A stretch of DNA of 64,000 nucleotides from Eledone cirrhosa. Its lineage: Eukaryota. The position numbers were made by a program, and so were the translations under genes. Below, one piece after another: positions 53,520 through 64,000 of the stretch (position 1 is the first letter of the stretch; each line of letters begins with the position of its first letter). The stretch spans positions 84,010,001 to 84,074,000 of the forward strand of contig OZ024743.1 of assembly GCA_964016885.1 (NCBI GenBank), in the 5' to 3' direction. The notes beneath the pieces are model-generated. The model worked only from the letters and a program-made list of their open reading frames with translations, was not told the origin of the DNA and did no database searches.

Positions 53520-56500
53520 ACCTAACTTTAAGCTAAAACCGAACTTTAAAAATAACACTTACCCTAACACTTGCACTCACACATGCTCTAACAGTGAACT
53601 TAGCGCTAACATAAACACAAAATCTGAAAACTAACATTAAATAGAAAACTAACACAAACACTAACCTGAACACTAACACTAACCTGAACACCAGCACTAA
53701 AACTAACACTACCATAAACACTAATACAAACACTAGCACTAAAACTAACACTACCATAAACACTAACACTGACCTGAGCACTAACACTAAAAGTAACACA
53801 AACACTAATCTGAAAACTGATACTAACCAGAAAACTAAGCTAACATTAACTTCAACACTAAAACAAATACTAACGCTAACAGAGATACTAACACAAATAT
53901 TAACACAAAAACAAACACTAACACAATCTCTAACACTAACCTCAACACTAAAACTAACATTAACTTGAACACTAACTCTAACCTGAAAACTAAGCTAACA
54001 TTAACCTGAACACTAACAGAAACACTAATACTAACACTAACATAAATACTAATGCTAACATTAACGCTAACCTTAACACAAAAACAAAGACTAACGCTAA
54101 CACAATCACTAACACTAATGGAAACATCAAACACTAATGCTAACAGAGATACTAACACAAATATTAACACAAATACTAACACTAACACAATCTCTAACAC
54201 TAACCTTAACACTAAAACTAACATAAACTTGAACACTAACACTAACCTGAACACTTACACTAAAACTAACACTAACAGAGATACTAACACAAATATTAAC
54301 ACAAAAACAAACACTAACACAATCTCTAACACTAAAACTAACATTAACTTGAACACTAACACTAACCTGAAAACTAAGCTAACATTAACCTGAACACTAA
54401 CACAAACACTCATGCTAACACTAACAGAAATACTAATGCTAACATTAACACAAAAACAAAGACTAACGCGAACACAATCACTAACACTAATGGAAACATC
54501 AAACACTAATGCTGACAGAGATACTAACACAAATATTAACACAAAAACAAATACTAACACTAACACAATCTCTAACACTAAAACTAACATTAACTTGAAC
54601 ACTAACACTAACCTGAACACTTACACTAAAACTAACACTAACAGAGATAATAACACAAATATTAACACAAACACTAACACAATCTCTAACACTAACCTTA
54701 ACACTAAAACTAACATTAACTTTAACACTAACCTGAACACTTACACTAAAACTAACACTAACAGAGATACTAACAAATATTAACACAAAAACAAACACTA
54801 ACACAATCTCTAACACTAAAACTAACATTAACTTGAACACTAACACTAACCTGAAAACTAAGCTAACATTAACCTGAACACTAACACAAACACTCATGCT
54901 AACACTAACAGAAATACTAATGCTCACATTAACACAAAAACAAAGACTAACGCTAACACAATCACTAACACTAATGGAAACATCAATCACTAATGCTAAC
55001 AGAGATACTAACACAAATATTAACACAAAAACAAACACTAACCTTAACACTAAAACTAACATTAACATTAACACTTACACTAAAACTAACACTACCATAA
55101 ACAGTAACACAAACACTAACACTGATCTGAGCACTAACAGTAACACTAACACTACCATAAAAACTAACACAAAAAAAAACACTAACACTAACCTGAACAC
55201 TAACACTAAAACTAGCACGAAAACTGATACTAACCAGAAAACTAAGCTAACATTAACCTCAACACTAAAACAAACACTAACATTAACAGAAAAACAAAGA
55301 CTAGCACTAACACAAACATTAACACAAAATAAAACACTAACACTAATGGAAAAAATAACACTAACACTAAAACTAACACTACCGTAAACACTAACACTAA
55401 CATGAGCACTAACACTAAAACTGACATTAACACGAACATTAACCTGAACACTAACACAAACACTAACACTAACAAAAATGCTAACACTAATACAAAATCA
55501 AACACGAACATTGACACAGACGCTAACGTAAACGATGACGCAGACGCTAATGTAAACGATGACGTAGAAGCTAACGTAAACGCTGACACAGACGCAAATG
55601 TAAACGCTGATGTAGATGTAAACACAGACGCTGACGTAGAAGCTAACACAAACGCTGACACTAATGTAAGCGCTGACGTAGAAGCTAATGTAGATGCTGA
55701 TGTAGAAGCTAACGTAAACGATGACGTAGATGTTAACGGAGACGCTGACGTAGAAGCTAACGTAGATGCTGATGTAGAAGATAACGTAAACGCTGACGTA
55801 GAAGCTAACGTAGATGCTGATGTAGAAGATAACGTAAACGCTGATGTAAATGCTGACGCTGATGTAGATGTAAACACAGACGCTGACGTAGAAGCTAACA
55901 CAAACGCTGACACAGACACTAATGTAAGCGCTGACGTAGAAGCTAACGTAAACGATGACGTAGATGTTAACGTAGACGCTGACGTAGAAGCTAACGTAGA
56001 TGTTGATGTAGAAGATAGCGTAAACGCTGACGTAGAAGCTAACAAAACGCTGACATAGTTGTTACGTAGAAGCAGGCGTAGAAGTTAGCGTTTACCCTTA
56101 CCGCCGAAGCTGATCTCCAAAACGCAATTGCTGATGCGGATTGCTGAAGCCAGAGCCAAGCTAACGCTGACGCAAATGTTGAGGCAGTTTTGCCGGCGCT
56201 GACGTGTATGCTGACGCTAAAGCAAATGTTGATGCGGACGCTAGGGCTAAGGCTAACGCTAACGCTAATGCTGAAGTTAACGCTTACATGGGATATGCAG
56301 ACGCTGCAATGATGCGGAGGATGCCACAGGAAAGGTTGATGGAAACGCCAATGCTAACGGAAAACGCTGATGTAGACGTTACGGAAACGCTGATGTAGAC
56401 GTTACGGAAACGCTGACGTAGAAGCTAACGTAAACGCTGACACAGACGCTAACGTAAACGCTGACACAGACGCTAACGTAAACTTTGACGTTAACTGAAA

Positions 56501-57130
56501 CGCTGATGTAGATGTAAATACTGATGCTGACACAGACGCAGTCGGAAACGCTGACGTAGAAGCTAACGTACACGCTGACACAGACGCTAACGGAAATGCT
56601 GACAAAGATGTTAAAGGAAACGCTGTCGCAAACGCTAATGCTAATGTGAATGCTGATGCAAATGCTGACGCTAACACTGATGCTAACACTGACTCAAACA
56701 CTAATGCAAATGCTGACGTGCACGCTGATGCAAACGCTGACACTGACACAAGTGCTGACGTTGACGCTAATGATAATGCTGACTCAGAGCTGACGTAGAC
56801 GCAGGCACTGAAACAAACACTAATGCTAACACTAATGTTGACTCAGAGAGCTAAGGGAAATGTGCACAATCACTATCACAAGTGCTGACGCAAATGCTGA
56901 CACTTACGCAAACACTAACGCAGATGCTAACACAAAAGCTTACACAGACGCTTATGCAAATGCTAACGCTGATGCAGACAGTAACGCAAACAGTAACTGT
57001 AAGATTAACAGTTACAGTAACACTAACAGTGACAGTAATGCTAACAGTAACACAGTCACTAACAATAAACTTACCATTAACAGTAAAACTTACCCTAACA
57101 CTAACCCTAAATCTAACATTAACCCAGAGA
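53520..57130. repeat. Hexamer-periodic low-complexity array (CTAACA grading into GACGTA/GACGCT and back)
   Basis: 6-bp periodicity with internal duplications of several hundred bp. Gives N/T- and A/D/V/N-rich open frames. Confidence 0.85.
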
Positions 57131-57199
57131 AAAAAGTCATTTGCAATCACATTTAAGCTCACTCTTTAAGATATAGAAGATAGGCATTACATTTTAATG

Positions 57200-60100
57200 A
57201 TTTTAATTTAAAGAGAATCACGCTATACAATGCAACACAATAACACACCACACCACACTAACCTACACTACACCAAACCAAATTATACCATACCTTGGTA
57301 AATTTATGATAGGTTTCCATGTTATAACTACACCAAACTAAACCATACCCAACTACACCAAACCAAACCACACCATAACAAACTACACCATACTACATCA
57401 CACCATGTTATTGAACTCAGTGTGAAAAATTTTCTTCCTGCTTTTTTTGTCTTTTTTTGTGTGTGTGCTTACCACCCAATCTGACATTAAAAGTGTTCGC
57501 AATTAACTATCTTTTGCACATATCAATGAAGACTTTGAAACCTGTTGAAAATGACTAGCTTTGTAGAAAAAAGAGGGCGGAAAGTGGGTGGAAATACCAT
57601 TCACAAAGCTTGTCATTTTTGATTGCAGTGAAAGTCATATTTGTTGTTAATATGGTAATGGAGGCACATGGCTTAGTGGTTAGAGCATTGGCCTTGCAAT
57701 CGAAAGGTTGTGAGTTCAATTCTCAGACCAGGTGGTGTGTTGTTTCCTTGAGCAAGACACTTTATTTCACATTGCTCCAATTTACTCAGCTGTAGAAATG
57801 AGATGATAGGGACCCCAGTCCCTATCATTCCACTGCAAAGTGGTCGTGGAGGTGCCACGGCAAAAACCACCCAGCACTCACTGTAAATGAGGTTGGTGTT
57901 AGGAAGGGCATCCAGCTGTAGAAATCAAGCCAGAATCAGTTCCCGTCCCACCCTTGCAAGTAGGGAAAAGTGGACGTAAAATGATGATGATGATGGTAAA
58001 AGCATAGTCGGCTGTGAGCATGTTGGAGGTTGGAAAACCATACCACATTAAACTACATCACACCATGCTATTAATCTCAGTGAGAACATTTTTCTTCCTT
58101 TTTTTTTTTTTTTCTGTCTGTGTGTGTGTGCTTACCACCCAATCTGATATCAAAGGTGCTCACGAATGACTATTTTTTTACACATTATCAATGTATATAA
58201 CATAGAAACCTATCATTTGCAATACGTTCCCATGTCATAACTACAACAATCCAAACCACACCATAACAAACTACACCATTCTACATCACACCATGCTTTT
58301 GATCTCAGTGTGAAACATTTTCTTCCTGTTTCTTTTTTTTTTTTTTGTGTGTTCTTACCACCAAATCTGACATCAAAGGTGCTGCAATTGACTATTTTAT
58401 GCACATATTATCAATAATTATGACATGGAAACCTGTCGAAAATGACTAGCTTTGTAGAAAAAAGAGGGAGGATGTGGGTGGAAATACCATTTACAAAGCT
58501 AGTCATTTTTTATTGCAGCGGAAGTCATATTTTTTGTTAATATACTAAAAGCATAGTCCACTGCGAGCTTCTTGGAAGTTGTATTAGTTGATAGCACATG
58601 CAAAAGTGAAGGAAAAAATTTTTTTCTTACATAAATCAAAGTGGAAATTTAAATCCTTACTTATAACAAAGCACACCACACCACATTAATCTACCCCAAA
58701 CCAGACCATATCAAACAGCACCCTATTATGGTAAATTTATTACAGAACACCTACTCCCATCATTTACATCACACCATGGTATAGACATCAATGTGACAAA
58801 TTTGCTACCTGCTTTTTTTTTTTTTTTTGTGGTTACCACCCAAACTAACATCAAAGGTGCTTGAAAATGACTATTTTCCCACATTATCAATGAATATGAC
58901 ATGGGAATCTATCGTTTACAATTGGTTTCCATTTCATAACTTCACCAAACCAAACCAAACCATACCAAGTTACACCATACTACATCACACCAAGCTATTG
59001 ATCTTGGTGTGAAACATTTTTTTCCCCGTTTCATTTTTTTTTTTCTATGTGCTTACCACCCTATCTGACATTAAAGGTGCTCCCAATTTACTTTTTTTTT
59101 TCACATATCAATAATTATGACATGGAAATTTGTCAAAAATGACTATCTTTGTAGAAACTTAACCAAACCACACCATACTACATCACACCAAGCTATTGAT
59201 TCTGGTGTGACAAATTTTCATTTGGCATTTTTTTTTTTTTTTTTTGCTTACCACCCAATTTAACATAAATGATGCTCGCAAATTACTATTTTATATACAT
59301 ATTATCAATGGTTATGACATGGAAACCTGATGAAAATGACTAGCTTTGTAGAAAAAAGAGGGAGGATGTGGGTGGAAATACCATTTACAAAGCTAGTCAT
59401 TTTTTATTGCAGCGGAAGTCATATTTTTTGTTAATATGCTAAAAGCATAGTCCACTGCTAGCATCCTGCAAGTTGATAGCACATGCAAAAATGAAGGAAA
59501 AAAATTTTTTGTAACATAAATCAAAGTGGAAATTTAAATCCTCACTTATAACAAAGCACACCACAGCACATTAATCTACCACAATCCACACCATAAATTC
59601 ACCATAACCGTACTTCACTATATGGTAAATTTATTACGGAACACCTCATACCATTTATATCACACCATGGTATGTACATCAATATGACAAATTTGCTACC
59701 TGCTTTTTTTTTTTTTTTTGTGGTTACCACCTCAAACTAACATCAAAGGTGTTTGCAAATGACTATTTTCCCACACATTATCAATGAATATGACATGGGT
59801 ATCTATCATTTACAATTGGTTTCCATTTCATAACTTCACCAAACCAAACCAAACCACACCACACCATACCAAGTTACACCATACTCCATCACTCCAAGCT
59901 ATTGGTCTTGGTGTGAAACATTTTCCTCCCGTTTCCGTTTTTTTTTTTTGTGTGTGTGCTTACCACCCAATCTGACATTAAAGGTGCTCCTAATTGACTA
60001 TTTTTTTTTCCACTTATCAATAATTATGACATGGAAACCTCTTGAAAATGACTATCTTTCTAGAAACTTCACCAAACCACACCATACAACATCACACCAA

Positions 60101-63100
60101 GCTATTGATTTTAGTGTGACAAATTTTCATCCGGCAATTTTTTTTTTATTCTCTTTTTTTTTTGTGCTTACCACCCAATTTAACATAAATGATGCCCGCA
60201 AATTACTATTTTATGCACATATTATCAATCGTTATGACATGGAAACCTGATGAAAATGACTAGCTTTGTAGAAAAAAGAGGGAGGATGTGGGTGGAAATA
60301 CTATTTACAAAGCTAGTCATTTTTTATTGCAGTGGAAGTCATATTTTTTGTTAATATACTAAAAGCATAGTCCACTGCGAGCTTCTTGGAAGTTGTATTA
60401 GTTGATAGCACATGCAAAAGTGAAGGAAAAAATTTTTTTCTTACATAAATCAAAGTGGAAATTTAATTCCTTACTTATAACAGAGCACACCACACCACAC
60501 CACATTAATCTACCCCAAACCACACCATATCAAACAGCACCCTATTATGGTAAATAATACCACCCAAACTAACATCAAAGGTGCTTGCAAATGACTATTT
60601 TCCCACATTATCAATGAATACGACATAGGAATCTATCGTTTACAATTGGTTTCCATTTCATAACTTCACCAAACCAAACCACACCATACCAAGTTACACC
60701 ATACTACATCACACCAAGCTATTGATCTTGGTGTGAAACATTTTTTTTTTCTGTGTGCTTACTACCCAATCTGACATTAAAGGTGCTCCCAATTTACTTT
60801 TTTTTTCCCATATCAATAATTATGACATGGAAACCTGTCGAAAATGACTATCTTTGTAGAAACTTCACCAAACCACACCATACTACATCACACCAGGCTA
60901 TTGATTCTGGTGTGACAAATTTTCAATTGGCATTTTTTTTTTTTTTTTTGTGCTTACCACCCAATTTAACATAAATGATGCTCGCAAATTACTATTTTAT
61001 ATACATATTATCAATGGTTATGACATGGAAACCTGATGAAAATGACTAGCTTTGTAGAAAAAAGAGGGAGGATGTGGGTGGAAATACCATTTACAAAGCT
61101 AGTCATTTTTTATTGCATATTTTTTGTTAATATGCTAAAAACATAGTCCACTGCTAGCATCTTGCAAGTTGATAGCACATGCAAAAATGAAGGAAAAAAA
61201 TTTTTTCTAACATAAATCAAAGTGGAAATTTAAATCCTCACTTGTAACAAAGCACACCACAGCACATTAATCTACCACAATCCACACCATAAATTCACCA
61301 TAACCATACTTCACTATATGGTAAATTTATTACGGAACACCTCATACCATTTACATCACACCATGGTATGTACATCAATATGACAAATTTGCTACCTGCT
61401 TTTTTTTTTTTTTTGTGGTTACCACCTCAAACTAACATCAAAGGTGTTTGCAAATGACTATTTTCCCACACATTATCAATGAATATGACATGGGAATCTA
61501 TCATTTACAATTGGTTTCCATTTCATAACTTCACCAAACCAAACCACACCATACCAAGTTACACCATACTCCATCACTCCAAGCTATTGATCTTGGTGTG
61601 AAACATTTTCCTCCCGTTTCCTTTTTTTTTTTTGTGTGTGCTTACCACCCAATCTGACATTAAAGGTGCTCCTAATTGACTATTTTTTTTCCACTTATCA
61701 ATAATTATGACATGGAAACCTCTTGAAAATGACTATCTTTCTAGAAACTTCACCAAACCACACCATACAACATCACACCAAGCTATTGATTTTAGTGTGA
61801 CAAATTTTCATCCGGCAATTTTTTTTTTTTATTCTATTTTTTTTTTTGTGCTTACCACCCAATTTAACATAAATGATGCTCGCAAATTACTATTTTATGC
61901 ACATATTATCAATGGTTATGACATGGAAACCTGATGAAAATGACTAGCTTTGTAGAAAAAAGAGGGATGTAGGTGGAAATACTATTTACAAAGCTAGTCA
62001 TTTTTTATTGCAGTGGAAGTCATATTTTTTGTTAATATACTAAAAGCATAGTCCACTGCGAGCTTCTTGGAAGTTGTATTAGTTGATAGCACATGCAAAA
62101 GTGAAGGAAAAAATTTTTTTCTTACATAAATCAAAGTGGAAATTTAATTCCTTACTTATAACAGAGCACACCACACCACACCACACCACATTAATCTACC
62201 CCAAACCACACCATATCAAACAGCACCCTATTATGGTAAATAATACCACCCAAACTAACATCAAAGGTGCTTGCAAATGACTATTTTCCCACATTATCAA
62301 TGAATACGACATAGGAATCTATCGTTTACAATTGGTTTCCATTTCATAACTTCACCAAACCAAACCACACCATACCAAGTTACACCATACTACATCACAC
62401 CAAGCTATTGATCTTGGTGTGAAACATTTTTTTTTTCTGTGTGCTTACTACCCAATCTGACATTAAAGGTGCTCCCAATTTACTTTTTTTTTCCCATATC
62501 AATAATTATGACATGGAAACCTGTCGAAAATGACTATCTTTGTAGAAACTTCACCAAACCACACCATACTACATCACACCAGGCTATTGATTCTGGTGTG
62601 ACAAATTTTCATTTGGCATTTTTTTTTTTTTTTTTGTGCTTACCACCCAATTTAACATAAATGATGCTCGCAAATTACTATTTTATATACATATTATCAA
62701 TGGTTATGACATGGAAACCTGATGAAAATGACTAGCTTTGTAGAAAAAAGAGGGAGGATGTGGGTGGAAATACCATTTACAAAGCTAGTCATTTTTTATT
62801 GCATATTTTTTGTTAATATGCTAAAAACATAGTCCACTGCTAGCATCTTGCAAGTTGATAGCACATGCAAAAATGAAGGAAAAAAATTTTTTCTAACATA
62901 AATCAAAGTGGAAATTTAAATCCTCACTTGTAACAAAGCACACCACAGCACATTAATCTACCACAATCCACACCATAAATTCACCATAACCATACTTCAC
63001 TATATGGTAAATTTATTACGGAACACCTCATACCATTTACATCACACCATGGTATGTACATCAATATGACAAATTTGCTACCTGCTTTTTTTTTTTTTTT

Positions 63101-64000
63101 GTGGTTACCACCTCAAACTAACATCAAAGGTGTTTGCAAATGACTATTTTCCCACACATTATCAATGAATATGACATGGGAATCTATCATTTACAATTGG
63201 TTTCCATTTCATAACTTCACCAAACCAAACCACACCATACCAAGTTACACCATACTCCATCACTCCAAGCTATTGATCTTGGTGTGAAACATTTTCCTCC
63301 CGTTTCCTTTTTTTTTTTTGTGTGTGCTTACCACCCAATCTGACATTAAAGGTGCTCCAAATTGACTATTTTTTTTCCACTTATCAATAATTATGACATG
63401 GAAACCTCTTGAAAATGACTATCTTTCTAGAAACTTCACCAAACCACACCATACAACATCACACCAAGCTATTGATTTTAGTGTGACAAATTTTCATCCG
63501 GCAATTTTTTTTTTTTATTCTATTTTTTTTTTGTGCTTACCACCCAATTTAACATAAATGATGCTCGCAAATTACTATTTTATGCACATATTATCAATGG
63601 TTATGACATGGAAACCTGATGAAAATGACTAGCTTTGTAGAAAAAAGAGGGAGGATGTAGGTGGAAATACTATTTACAAAGCTAGTCATTTTTTATTGCA
63701 GTGGAAGTCATATTTTTTGTTAATATACTAAAAGCATAGTCCACTGCGAGCTTCTTGGAAGTTGTATTAGTTGATAGCACATGCAAAAGTGAAGGAAAAA
63801 ATTTTTTTCTTACATAAATCAAAGTGGAAATTTAATTCCTTACTTATAACAGAGCACACCACACCACACCACACCACATTAATCTACCCCAAACCACACC
63901 ATATCAAACAGCACCCTATTATGGTAAATAATACCACCCAAACTAACATCAAAGGTGCTTGCAAATGACTATTTTCCCACATTATCAATGAATACGACAT
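57200..64000. repeat. Higher-order macrosatellite, ~1.69-kb unit, running off the window end
   Basis: Identical ORFs recur at 62083/63771 (offset 1688) and near-identical ORFs at 60753/62439 (offset 1686). Each unit has two ~0.8-0.9-kb halves built of ~140-170-bp subrepeats. Confidence 0.92.
57660..57995 (+). mobile_element. SINE family A, full length, with RTE-derived 3' tail
   Basis: tRNA head (TGGCTTAGTGG; GAGTTCAATTC), core, then GGTTGGTGTTAGGAAGGGCATCCAGCTGTAGAAATCAAGCC shared with the RTE 3' UTR, ending (GAT)n. Confidence 0.88.

Noticed and set aside
59325-59425. CTGATGA followed by a long hairpin in the macrosatellite as a hammerhead
   Set aside because: No GAAA directly after the stem and no helix I/III. 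Sister subrepeats read CTGTCGA/CTCTTGA, so the match looks coincidental.

Overview
AT-rich, repeat-saturated eukaryotic DNA. Animal, very probably a coleoid cephalopod such as Octopus (inferred from the [17 protein letters not shown]-type C2H2 arrays, the tRNA-derived SINEs, the RTE LINE load and the large (TA)n/(CATATA)n tracts). I see no intact host protein-coding gene. The window holds two decayed C2H2 zinc-finger paralogues (24.5-26.7 kb, 29.5-30.0 kb), a probable promoter and first exon at ~45.0 kb, many RTE, CR1-group, Tx1/L1-clade and Ingi/Vingi-like LINE pieces, two SINE families, hAT, piggyBac-type and Helitron relics, and several satellites including a ~1.69-kb higher-order array from 57 kb to the end. 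The main signal the ORF track misses is a set of at least six sequence-unrelated short elements carrying minimal type I hammerhead ribozyme folds (CUGANGA...GAAA...NUH, helix III often palindromic). Most are fold-back inverted repeats sitting in (TA)n tracts, and one keeps a Penelope GIY-YIG endonuclease C-terminus, which points to Penelope-like retroelement termini. All folds and alignments were made by eye and need computational confirmation.
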